NCBI GenBank assembly: GCA_051362555.1
Contig: CM120642.1
Location: forward strand, 24,242,001-24,306,000
DNA from: Lingula anatina
Lineage: Eukaryota > Animalia > Brachiopoda
DNA length: 64,000 bases
Direction: 5' to 3'
Position numbers and translations under genes: made by a program. The notes beneath the pieces are model-generated. The model was not told where the DNA came from and did not search any database. It saw only the letters and a list, made by a program, of their open reading frames with translations. Shown here in pieces: positions 11,617 through 30,817 of the stretch (position 1 is the stretch's first letter; each line of letters starts with the position of its first letter).

Positions 11617-14012
11617 ATGAGTGTCATCGACTCTCTTCGAGATGCTCAATTGCAGCCTGTTGGCGGCGGAGAGGTGAATAATAATGTTCAGTATACATAA
11701 TATAATCTCTGTAGGTGCAGTTGATAATAATATGTAGGCCTAGCTAAAATTATGGCTATTGACAGTAGGCACACTATGGTATAGCGTGTCACAATGAGAA
11801 TTGTCTTCAAACATGTAGCAAAACTTGTGCTTATTTAAAATACGACTCCAATATTTTTGTGTCAACCAAGAAAACTTTATCAGGGAATGAGGTCACTGGT
11901 GTTGTTTTATCTGGTCTCTTGGTGGACTCTAAAAATAACTGATGATGTTCTTTGTTGGGTTTTACTTTTTACAGCTTTTAAAGCCGCGTTTAGATTGTGG
12001 TAAGAAAATATATAATACAGTGGATACAGCAAGAGTAAGCAAGGTTAATGTTATTCAACAATATTTACAAATGTGCAAAGTGCCCAAGAGCTATGCGTTG
12101 TATTTTTGCACTGCGTACATTATATTGCATGCTATGACTTGCACTTTGTACGTTATGAGGACGCTAAATTCACTATAATATTATTTTTATTTTCATGAGT
12201 ACACGGAGTTATCAATATATATGCATCTGTATTTGAATTTGTTGATTTGTTTACTGAATAAGGTTAACATGTAGTCATATTTACGAATTTCCTCACCGAT
12301 TGGCAAATTATTTATTCTATTTGTGATTATGTACTCAACTTATCTTCTGAACTTATGCACAGAGACGATTATCGTCAAAAAAGTTTCCATGATGCAGATT
12401 TTGATGGCGCTTTCGCTATTCGATTTTAATATGTATTACCTTATTTTTCACTACAAATCATCTAACAATGCATAATACATATGGTGACTACACGTATCAA
12501 CCTTTTTATCATGATGATAAAAAAGGCACGCCCCTATGCCTCAAATAAACCCAGATAAGCAGCCAAATATGCAATCTATACACTGGACCTAATTCTGAAT
12601 ACGATTTTGTGGCGTTGTGCTATTACCCTGTACGTCTACGCGGATTCCAAATTTAAGAAAGAATGGGCGAGATGCTTATTATCAAACATTAAAACATTGT
12701 TCATTTTTCAGTAACTGTAATTTTTTATTCATATTCAGACCATTACATATTCCAAACTGTGGGAAACGCAGATATGTTTGATATACTTCGTCCGATACTG
12801 GGGATGAATAACGTGCCGGCACTATCTCAAACTACTGACCAAGCTCAAGCCGAAGCTGGACGCTCACGGTGTCCGCACGGTGGCCATTGGTTATGAAGAG
12901 ATAGGGCTGGACAATTTTCAGGAGGGGAACTTTTTCGGGGGAGGTAAGAGATAAGAAGCTGAACAATCATCTAACAATAAATATGGAAGGTGCCAATACT
13001 AACGATAAAGTTTCGAATCTTTGCGGAAAGTTGTCTTTGCTCGTCCATTGCAGTTTACGGACACGGGCGACAGTACGCTTAATTCAAATTTTATGGTCTT
13101 TTTGCATCACCAAGTCAAAACCGTTGACAAAATTACGATCTATGAACCAATTTTCAGTTCCAAGTTTTTTAGCCACTTTCGTAATAGACATGGTGACTGG
13201 CGGGTTTCACTCATAATGGTAAAATAGAAATTTTGAACTCGAAACTTTCGAGATCGTCCTTTTTTCAATAATTTTGGATAGGATGAACCTTGATTGTTAA
13301 ATGAAAATGGTTGCAAATGACATGATTAATAATGTATGTTGTTATGATGAAGTGTATATTGTATAACACCAACTGTAGACCGTCTATGCCTTCAAACCCG
13401 TTAAATACATGATACAAGGATCGCGTTTGTTGCTCTGAAACTCCTCACCGAGATGCACATGTGAATCTGTACCATTTCTTTAGAAAAGTATTCATGTCAG
13501 ACAATCGAAGTTTACTTATTGCCGATGTTGTTAACACGAATATCGTTTCATTTTCAGAACTTTTTATAGACTATGGGAAAACTGCACATAGCACCTTGGG
13601 GTTCACAAGGTATGTGGAAAGGCTTATATTTTCGTAGGCGTTGTGTCGTAACTAGGCGCTCTTCATGAGGTCTTTTTTAATTCGTCATGAGTCACTGCTT
13701 AATTATTTAAGGTAAAAGTTGTTACTTTTTTATATCAGAACTATATTTGTTAACACAAAGTTAACACAACCTACATGCGATTGCGAAAAATTGACGTAAA
13801 CGTTAACTCTAACATGAAACGGTCTTTACGGTTTTAGTTTAATTTACTTATAAGCTGATGTTTATTTTATTTTTTGACTAGATTGAATATGTTCACCGGT
13901 ATATACACCATGCTCAAGTCTAAGATGTGGCAGGCAACGAACGAAGTATGTACATGTATATGCACATGAATGCACCGAGTACAAAATTTATCGTTATTAC
14001 CCCCCCTCCTGC

Positions 14013-14067
<55 letters not shown>

Positions 14068-14926
14068 TTTTAATGGTAACCACACCCTCTCCCTGGGTGA
14101 AATCTTGCTTCCTACGTGACTGTTTACATGGTTGTTTAATTGTAATAATGCCCCGCATTTGTTAACGTTTTTAGAATACGTCCATCATTACTTAGAAAAC
14201 GATAGAGAAAATACTCACATTACGAAAAGCATGGGCTTTCCAAATTATATGTAAAAATAAGCAACAAAATGGAAACGAAAAATGTTTACTTCTCCCCGCA
14301 ACCGTGAATCGATATAATCATATTTCAGTGCTTTGTACAGCATTATTTTTGCAATTTGTATGTTCCAGGCAAAGAAAGATGGTGTTGAAGGATTAACAAT
14401 AGGAGACAGATTTCAAAATGGTGGGATGCTTGCAGTTAGTGCAGGTTGGTTACGTCTTTATTTCCCCACTGTAGAACCAACATTTTCACTTAATTTTCAA
14501 AACCTAGGATTGGTCCCTAGTCAAAACCAAACGAAGAAAATCATATCAAATAGAAAAATAGCATTGGGAAATATCATATCTCAAAATTTTGACATATGCG
14601 TTTTTATTTAATTTCTCAAGAAGATCACGTTTTCGGTTCTTTACAAAAAATATTCTCAAGTACAGCACTATCAAAGTAATTGAAAAGTAAATCATGGTGC
14701 AAGTTTACAACCGCTTTTCTGTAATTGCTATATGCAGCAATAAGTTGCGCATCTACTCTTAATTGCAGGCGGAAAAGATGTTCTATTAAAATACATCCAA
14801 AGCGGGCCCGAAGAACACATGTCATTTGAAGACGTTTTTAAAGCCCTTGGCATTGAGGACAGCGTGCCTGACGAAGCAATGGCACCAGCCCCACAATGTG
14901 AGGGGGACGTATGCAAAATGAAGTAA
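11617..14926 (+). CDS. PRXL2B: Selenoprotein of the SelU/peroxiredoxin-like 2 family (PRXL2B/FAM213B, prostamide/prostaglandin F synthase-like), 6 exons, 203 aa, Sec42 encoded by TGA 12805-12807
   Basis: Exons 11617-11673, 12739-12943, 13558-13609, 13882-13945, 14369-14444, 14769-14926 (612 nt, phases 0,1,2,0,1, all GT-AG). Protein: MSVIDSLRDAQLQPVGGGE TITYSKLWETQICLIYFVRYWG-U-ITCRHYLKLLTKLKPKLDAHGVRTVAIGYEEIGLDNFQEGNFFGGELFIDYGK...GDRFQNGGMLAVSAGGKDVLLKYIQSGPEEH...APQCEGDVCKMK. It aligns end to end with recalled human PRXL2B (LRRFGCVVCR...[31 protein letters not shown]...[21 protein letters not shown]). A SECIS lies downstream. Confidence 0.9.
14013..14066. repeat. (TTA)n microsatellite
   Basis: About 18 perfect trinucleotide units in PRXL2B intron 4. 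Confidence 0.95.
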
Positions 14927-15180
14927 AGGAGGCCGAAATAGTGTGTTTAAACTTTGGATAAGGAAGAGAAAGATCAATATTAGAATATGACAAGGATCGT
15001 TTTTCGGGTTCAAGGATAAATCTAATTTTTTAAAATTTACAATCATATTAAGTGTATTTTACTGAAAAAGTCTTGAAGATGTGTATGGCTATTTATTCAA
15101 TTCCCCAAGCGTACAAACTTTCTGTGTACTGTTCATCTTAATATGCGTAAAGAATGAGCCAAGAACTGTGCAACATACCT

Positions 15181-15270
15181 GCTATCTGCAGGGCAAGTGA
15201 ATGAAGTCTGTGTGCACAAACTCCAACTGAGGAAGCATGCAGATGGATAAATAATTGCCTTTCATATGGC
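15181..15270 (+). promoter_or_regulatory. Eukaryotic SECIS element, type II
   Basis: Helix I GGGCAA(15191)/TTGCCT(15255). Core ATGAA (15201-15205) opposite GGAT (15245-15248). Helix II GTCTGTGTGC (15206-15215)/GCATGCAGAT (15235-15244), 10 bp including G-U pairs. Unpaired AAA at 15218-15220 and apical mini-stem CTC/GAG. Lies ~275 nt after the PRXL2B stop codon. Confidence 0.88.
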
Positions 15271-16112
15271 ACGTGGTTAACAGTTGCTTTTTCATAATAT
15301 ATAAAAATAATAAATATAAAATACTTATGGAAATGAATGCAGTCTTTTGGTTTTCTTTTCTGTTTGTTTTTTAAATTTTTATAAACGTTCTTCACCAGTA
15401 AAAGAAAATCACAAAGACATTCAATCATATGCATGTTCTTCATTTATTTCGGTGGTTTTAAATATATATATTTATTCACGAAATGTCTTCAACAAACAAG
15501 AAGTTCCCTTTTATTCCCTTAGTAGTTTCAAATAAAACAAATAAGTGACTACAGGGCTTTCATTTTTGAAGACTATTTTGGATAATTTTCCAAACTATAG
15601 TCTCAAACAGGGAAACTTGTGAATGCCCAACTTAAATATTGTAACAACTGAAATGGCGAAGCACCAGGAAGCATGAAGCACTTTCTCTTGGAAAAAAACA
15701 ACATTTTCACAAAACCACATCTGACCATTGGTCCATAATTAAATTCATTTCTACACAAACGTAAAATCCAAAAGAACAAGTTTTCATTTAGAATCATAAG
15801 AATGGAAAAAAAAATCTTTGGTCAGGGTCCTGTAAGACCTCTTAAATCAGATAGCTGACTTTGTGATATTTGTATATCAATATCTTTGATATCAATAAAC
15901 TGGCTACTGTCACCCCTGAGAATAAAACCCTCATTAAAAGGATAATAACTTATTTAAGGGACCAAGTTTTAAGTCCAAAAAGTCAAAGCAAGCAGCCTTT
16001 AAGGTTCTTAGTGAAATACTTCATCAGCTAAATCTAAGTAAAATCAAGATTTTGACTCAAAATGTGGTTCTTAAAGGATTTTTTTCTAAGGCCAGATCAC
16101 TTCTTCTTCAAC

Positions 16113-22355
<6,243 letters not shown>

Positions 22356-22719
22356 TTTTACGGTCAATTTTTAAAGTACAGACTCCTACTTTCAGAAAGC
22401 ATGACTAGCATGTGGCAGTCAAGAGAGCACGACTCCAATGACTTACAAATGTCCTTAAAACGAAACTTTAAAAAGCTCAAAAAGAATAGGAAAATATAAT
22501 ATGTAACTCAAACATGTATAAAGAAGAAGTGAACCGTTTTATCGGCAAATTCAAGGGGATATGAGTTTTATTTTTAAGGCAACTGACCAGCTATAACGGA
22601 GGACAGCAATTTTCCTTTGCAAGTGTTTGCGCATGCGCATTCACAAGCGGAAATCGCCATTTTGCAAACAAGTTCGAAATGTAGGTGTGTAAAACCAGAG
22701 ACTTTTCTACTTCACAGCC
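22356..22719. promoter_or_regulatory. Bidirectional promoter ZNF330 / GRAF
   Basis: Only 364 bp separate the divergent ATGs. Contains a perfect NRF1 palindrome TGCGCATGCGCA (22628-22639), ETS-like GCGGAAAT (22647-22654) and YY1 CGCCATTTTG (22655-22664). Confidence 0.75.
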
Positions 22720-25700
22720 ATGGGATTACAGCCGCTCGAATTCAGTGACTGTCTCACTGACAGTCCGTATTTTAGAGACAATTTGCACTCACATGAGAAG
22801 GAATTGGAGCGAACCAGCAAATCGATCAAAAATCTAGTGCAGGAATGCAAGGAAGTGTTGACTGCAACCAGAAGTAAGTTAAAACATCGATAAGGCTGTG
22901 ACATATTTTATATATCATTATCAGCTGCTTTAATTTTGGCATCAAAAACTCATCAGCTGTGGCATAGATTTAAGAAGTACGTGTGTTATGAGACTGTCAT
23001 TTCTAGCTCTAAAGACTAAATACTCCGAGCTGTCAAGTAACAGTCTTTCCCCATTAAATTGGGATGATTTATTTGATGGATATAAATAATCTGAATCTGA
23101 TGTTAGCTTGGTAAGTGCCTCCTGCTTGTTCGAGGTTTGCCTTGTTTAAGGTTCTAGTGTGGGGCATTAATTTTAAGCTATGATTGGCCCCACAATGAGT
23201 AGAATAAAGTTGGTTTTGGAACAGAGTTACTTCCTGGTCCCCCCCCCCCCCTCCAAAAAAAAATAATAATAAATAAATAAATAAAATTTAAAAAATAACA
23301 ATAAGTAAATAAGTGATAGAATAAGAATTTTATTAAGATACAAATCCAATTCCATGTCCTCATTTAAAATTAAATAAAAACAAATTTTTATTCTGAAAAG
23401 TGAAAGTTGAAAAGTGAAGGTCAGGTAAAATAGGGAGCACAAGTCTATATAATAAGTATCCCTGCAGTGCATACTTGTAGTTTATAGGCAAAATTCAAGT
23501 GAACTGTATAATGATACCCCCACGCTAGATATGAGTGACATAACTGTCTCTTTCTCACAAAAATTGTACTCGTAACTCATGGCTTAGTCACTAAGATGAT
23601 TATCCACATAAGCCTATCAGTGTATCATGTAGCCAGGGGCTATTGTTCAGGTCAAACCTAAAGACATGCTCCAGTAGTCTGCTTAACAGATATTATTCAT
23701 TTAGATGGTTGGGTGTAAGCTCATAAACTTTGATACATGGTGGCTAATGATATTGGGTGGCCCTTGAAGTAGGGATTAATTGAAAAGATTTTTTATTTAG
23801 CAGAATACGTATTATTAAGTTACTTCCATGGGATGGCAGTATCTTGTGTGGAATTGAACATTGTTAGTTTGTTTAAAATTTTTCCCTTGTATCCATGATA
23901 TATTTAAATGTATATTATTTATTTACACATAACTAAATATTTTTTTAAGTGTGAAATATTTGATACTATATTTTGTTGAATTCTTTTTATATTTTTGCAA
24001 AGTAGAAAAAAAAAATTATGTACTTCAAAAATAAAATGGTGAAAATTGATTGGATATATAGTTTTAGCATCCAGAGAAGATATATCTAGAAGAACACATT
24101 AATTTACTCAGGGTAAATCTGGGGAGGGTAATAACAAGTATTAATGTGAATTCTGATAGTGACATTATCCCCTTTACTCTTCTTAATGCCTGTAATTCCT
24201 TTGTCATTTCTAAGTCAATTTGCTCCACTGACCATTGGCATCCATCTAATGACCAGTGTACATTTGGGGGTCAGTGAAGTGACCGAGGTGATGCACAACA
24301 ATGAACACACACCAGTCCTCTGTGTTAATCTCCCATTTGATCTTGGTGCACACCCAGTGTGTTAGATTTCTAACAAGTATAGCAAAATAAGTCAATAGAT
24401 ATTTTTTTTTATGCAAGCACTGTGTGAAAATTTGTAAGGATGATTTGGTAACCAAACTAAAATAGTAACCAGTTAGTGCATATATAATCTTGAAGCTCAT
24501 TTTGTAAGTTGATATATGTGTGTTTAATGTTCATATATTTAAAACATTCACTTGTTAAAAAGAGTGTTTTCACTTCTGAAGTATGAGGGATAACAAATGT
24601 GCTTGAACTTGAAATAAAAGGTACTAGTATTAACAGACTGATTCCCATAAATGAGCTCCCCTTTGTCTCCTTTATTTACTGATACCTAAAGATAAAACAG
24701 GTAACATATAGACCATCCAAAATCATATTGTCTTCAATGCATATATTATCTGAAGGCTTATTCACATGAAGAAGAACTTGACACGAACCATACTGAAAAT
24801 TGAAATCACGAGCACCAGTATCCTGGTTGCTTTTGAAATATTGGGTTTCACATATAGTAGATGTGAACTCGACCATCAATAATAAAAAAAAGTTCCCCTA
24901 TCTTGTGATCTGCATAGCATTATTGTGGTGAAGGTGCCAAACCAACGAGAAAGTAACACTCACTTTCACATCAGGGACCAAAGGAACAGGGTGGGAAAAT
25001 GTGATCAGAAAATACATTTTATTTCTGTCAGTGATTGTGGCATCAAAATTGGAAAGAAAAAAATGAATGAGCAGGTACCTGCAGACAGGCAAACTGTACC
25101 TGGTTGAGCTAAGTCATATGTGACTATGTCTGTATTATAATACATGACAAATCAGTAGATAAAATGAATGATATGATTGCTTATTGAAATGGTACAAAAA
25201 TATTATAATAAAGATAATAATTATATACCCCAAAACAATATTTTGACAGATAATATGCATTTAAAATGTTCAAGTAGTAGTGAAAAATGAGTTGGCTTCA
25301 TGTCAGTAGGTGCATTTGTGTGAGGAACTTTAAAAAAAACTTTGTAATAACTAGGCACTGCCATTAGTGAGGCGTCCAAAAATTTCAAGCAATAACCGTA
25401 CATTTTTACCAAGTTTTTCTGCTGTAGACTCAAAATGAAATACTCGGCCTTGATCAAGCCAACAACTTCAAACTATTAATTGGCAGTGAAGCTTGCGTGG
25501 TTTATTCACCCTAGTAGATCACCTAAGATATATACATCTTAAAGGTGCTTAAAGTTTACCTTGGTGGCAATGATGAGGTCTATTTGCAGAAGCATATTTA
25601 CTAAGTTGATGAGAAACCTCTTTTCCCAATTGATTGATCCAAGAATGTATAGTTTTGTCAGTAAAAATTTATTAAAAAATACCAGATTTTATTACATGCT

Positions 25701-26085
25701 TGTTAGTTCTTCATATTTAATTACATGCTTCACATGCTTACTACCCACCCCCACTGTATATATTATAGGGTAACTTTCCTTATAACACTTTAAGTTTCAC
25801 ATCTGTCTGAGTCACACAGCAAATGGCTGTTTCATGACTTAATAGTATTCAAGGACCCTATATCACCAAACATTATGTTACCATAAGAGTGTTATATGAG
25901 GCATTTTCAAAACATTTTTTTCACAAGATAGTTAGGGTAAACGGAGTTATCCTGTATGGCAGTTTTCTTAAATAAAGCTGAAATCTGATGGATTTTAAAA
26001 TTTTGATGCAGGCTTATGTCTGGGTGTTATATTGCAATGCTCAATTTGTGACAAACAGCTGTCCCAATTATTCATTTATTTACAT

Positions 26086-26126
<41 letters not shown>

Positions 26127-29100
26127 GACCGAGAGTTCAAAGTCAAATTCTCAAAATAAAAAATGTAGAATAACTGTTTGCATGACCCTCTCTTAAATGT
26201 TTTATTTCAACTTTACGGGGCAGTCTCTTACAATAAGTCTAAATATTACCTCATGCTGTGGAGCATCATCAGGGCTTGACATTAAGAGTGGCCCACTGGC
26301 CCTGGGCCACTGAAAACTGACCTAGGGCCATTGAATCACTGGGGTCACTGGCCCAAAGAGCAAGTAAAATGTCATGTGTCCTTGCAATATTCACCAATGT
26401 CTCGGGCCAGTATCGAAAAAAGTTAGTGTCAAGCCCTGATCATGCTGCATTCAAATTTCCTTTTGCTTGTGAAGATCAGATGCTATTTTCAACCAGCATT
26501 TTCTGTATGGTTTATGTTTCAATTATAGCAGGTTAAATGCTGGAAAATCACACATGATTTTTAGCAAGCACTAGAACAACCCTAAAGATTTACAAAGCCG
26601 ATGGGTGCTTGAAGTATCTAATTTAGCATCTATATTACTAGTATTTGAAGACTGAATTAGATTTAAAATTACATCGCAACTGTTTTGATATAACAATGTA
26701 GATGCATACGATACAATGAATAAAGATTTACTAAGATTTACTATAAAGAGTGACAATACAGAAAAAATATTAAAGCTTCAAATCCTGCTTTTGGGCTGTT
26801 GAATTACACTAAGGTTACTATTATATTTACTTATTTGGAACCAACTGGGGCTTTGTTATTAACAGGCAACTAGCCATTTTTTATCAGCACACCTCATGTG
26901 TTTCCATATACACTGTCCATTTCTATTTCCATAAATGGAGCTCAGCAGGCGTGTCAGTAATATAGAAGTTGGTTTTACGGAAACTCCTCGTGACCATAGC
27001 CCTATTAGATGTCAAATGTTTGTCATAGGTAGAGTGTCAGGGTCAAGATATCTTGATGTCCATCTGGAGGAATGCATAACTGACCAGGTCACCACAAATT
27101 GCTGACCCATGAGACATTGAAGCCTGGTTAGGACAATGGGCATTATAGGAATGGACACTAAATTGACTTGTGTCCCCCTCCTCCTCCCTCCTCCTCTCAA
27201 AACTTAAAGAAACTGTAATCTCTTCTGAATGATTTCAAAAAAAATTACTTGCTCAAAAAAATTTGGTTAAATTGGAAAAAGACCTAGTATACAGATTAAG
27301 ATTTTGTATTTTAATTGTTAATTAAAATGAATACTCTGAAAATGATTGTTGTTGAGAAATCAAGGGCAAAACATGATTATTAAGGTGTATAATAAAATAT
27401 TTGAAAACATCATTTAGCTTAGGGTATCTGGAGCAAATTTATATTTTAGATGTAAAACTGATCTTCACCAGTGGTAAAATTACACATATGCTGAGATATT
27501 TAATTTTGGTCCAAAGAAAAATTACTATTTAGCTTTCAGCATTGAAATTTTGCAAGGTTTATGAGTCATATCAGACCAAATTCAGATCAAAGTGAAGTAA
27601 CTTTTGCAAATTATAGTGCTGATGTTTGCCTTCCCCTCTTCCTTTCAGATCTACAGAAAACCCAGAGGTCCTTTGCTCAGCATTTAATGGACTTCAAGTT
27701 TGAGTGCATTGGTATGCAACAAACTGATGATGAGATTGTGATAGGTATGTATTTCCACCTTGTTTTCCTTGCACGTGGTATCTACCTGGCATCTTCTGAC
27801 TATTTATAATTTGAGAAAAAACATATGTATATTTGTGACTGTGAGTCTGTATGTTTGTTTGTTTGTTTGTTTTTGGTTAAATTTACGTTTTACAGTAGAG
27901 GACACAATTTCAGAGATTTTGGTTTTATTTAGTTATTTATAATTTTTTTTGTGAGAATTTTGTTTTGGTATGGGAAACTTCACAGCTTTACATTTTTAGA
28001 TTTGATTGTATAAGCAGTTTTTTTTATTCAGTAGAGTACTTGCTTGTAGCTTTTTTTCTCACTCATTGTCTTTTAACAACTAATTTCCTCCTCACCATCA
28101 CCTTTCTGACTTTGTCCACAGGGATAATGACATGTGCTTTTCAAGGCAGCATTGTTCCAAAGTGGAGACCGGAAAGGATGATGTCACTTCTGTTAAAACT
28201 ATTGTTAAATTTCAGTCATATGACCTACTAGTATTTGTCAGTCATGCTGTGACATCTCTGTAATGTAAAACTCTTTCAAACAACTTGTTTTGTGATATGG
28301 AATTGCTTGTTTCCCTTCAGGAGTCTATAACTAACTTCCTTATTTCAAAGTAAAACAAGTGCTGTTTAGTAGCACTAACTTAAAGAAAGGGGATCTTTCT
28401 GATATTAAATGTTATATAGCACAAAAAATGGATTCTCCCTGGAACTTCTTTTTGTGAATGCCAATCTCTTTATTCTGAAGCTGGAAATATATAAATGCCA
28501 AATTAATCAATGCTAAACAGCACAGAAAGCAATACAAAATATAACCATCAGATTATCTTATCACTTGACCAGAAGAACCTGCTTTATGTAAGAATAAGAA
28601 TGCATGATTGATAGACCATAGCATTCTGTTGACATTTTCCAGACAGTTGTCATGTCGATATGATGCCCTGCATATGACTTTCTCTTCTTTTATGTGGAAA
28701 TTCTATGATAGTTTTCATGGCCATTATGTCTGTAATATAATATTTTTTCATAAAGATGTATTGGGCAGTAACTGTGGATTGACCCTTACTTGGATATATG
28801 TACTGTATGGAGTTGCCATATAGTGAACGTGTTGGCTAAACCGTGCTGAGAAGCATATTATATAAGATGGAAATAAGGAAATTGCTAGGCACTGAAAATG
28901 AGCAGCTTTATGTGTATTTTGTTATCATTTTGACAAAATATCTTTCAGATCTTTGAAAAATCGGTCCTTTGATACCTATCCCAATGAACAAATTGTACCG
29001 CAAACTACGTTGGTCCAGGACTGGAGTGGACTCTCTCTAGATCTGCGCCCAACAAGTCCAGCTAATTTAATTGACCAGCATGGCTTGTGATATACCCGAC

Positions 29101-29390
29101 ATGATTCTTGTATATGTTGGCATGAATAATAGATGGGCAGTGGCTAGCGGCACAGGTTCATGTTGATTGATTTCTTGTTAGAATTCATTGCAGTTGCATT
29201 GCCCAGTATTGTATTAAGCAGTGAATATACATGGCTATTATATGATGAGGCGCTGTTCACACAGGATAATTTCTGAGCAAACCTGGTTGTGCTGCGCAGC
29301 TGCTGTCTTTTACTGACCACCATGCCATAGATCATAAGTTGATTGCTTTACAATATGCTTTGGTATCTTCACTGTATCAGTACGGAGGTC

Positions 29391-29435
<45 letters not shown>

Positions 29436-30767
29436 TAGATTGCTTCTATAGACCTAACACAAGGTTACTAGCTATTTATCCAAATGGAATGTCTCCTTGC
29501 CTGTGATAAGCCATCATGTCCAGACCTGATACATGAGATCAGGCTTTTTGCCATTCAGGAGGCCACCGTGGTATTATGAACTTATTATTGGCTAGTGTCC
29601 ACTCACACTGGACTGGTGTGACTGAATCTATGGCCAGTATTGTCCTTGGTGTGAATGACCAGCTGTAGGTGGTGGACAGTGAATGCCAACTTCAATATCC
29701 ACTACAAATTGTATTTCTCAAAATGGGTATCAAATGTATCCCATTAAGTACACACCAGTGAGATTTTGCATAACCTTGTTATGGTGCCGATTCATTAATA
29801 GAATAAAGCAAAGTAATGTCCTTTTATTGAGCGATACAGCAGAAGTATATGCCAGCAAAATTGGTCACTTGGGGGGTTACTGTTGGAGTTTCATTAATAT
29901 TTATGGGTTGACCCTTTGTATTGGCAGTAAAAAACCATTTTGTTTCTTTTTTCTTTGCATTGGTTTTTCTTGTTCGGTATCTATGAGAGATTCAGAGCCC
30001 CCCCCCCCCCCCCCACCCCCCACCACAAAAAAAAAAAAAGTAAATAAATAATAATGATAAAGTAATAATAATTAGGAAAAGGTAATTTCAAAGTGTGAGA
30101 AAATGATTCTCACGTCTCAAAATATTGCAATCTTTTTCCGAGACTTTTTTTTCAGTCACTACCTAAAGACTCGATTACCCAGACAGATTCAATACTTGGC
30201 AGTTAACTAATATAAGCTTTCATGAAAGTACATTACATGTGTCATGTCCAAATGAAATGATGGATGTTTATAGACCAGGACAACAGATAAGCAACTTATT
30301 GTAGAGTAAAACATATGATCATTGATGCATCCCAGGTATATAGATAAATCATGGGGATAGTGTTCGTCCTATGTCCATATATTCATATTGGATTTAAATC
30401 ATGGGGAAAGTGTTCGTCCTATGTCCATATATTCATATTGGATTTTATCTTTGATATCAGGTTCACCAATGGGTCAATCAAATTCACCTGCCCTTTTGTT
30501 GCCATGCAGATTTTCATGTACAGACACAGTAGTAGGGTCTTTACATATTGCAATGCCATGCAGATTTTTATGTAACAGACACAGTAGTAGGGTCTTTACA
30601 TATTGCAATGCCATGCAGATTTTTATGTAACAGACACAGTAGTAGGGTCTTTACATATTGCAAACACCTGTGTGAGTCTGTGTTGTGTTATCTTTTTGTG
30701 TCTACATTGTGTCATCTCCTGTGTGACGGTGTCTTTCCATAAGCACTGTGCGTCTGAGTCGTGTCTT

Positions 30768-30817
<50 letters not shown>

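Noticed and set aside
12805-12807. TGA as a nonsense mutation making PRXL2B a pseudogene
   Set aside because: It falls exactly on the catalytic Cys position, all six exons and splice phases are intact, and a SECIS is present.
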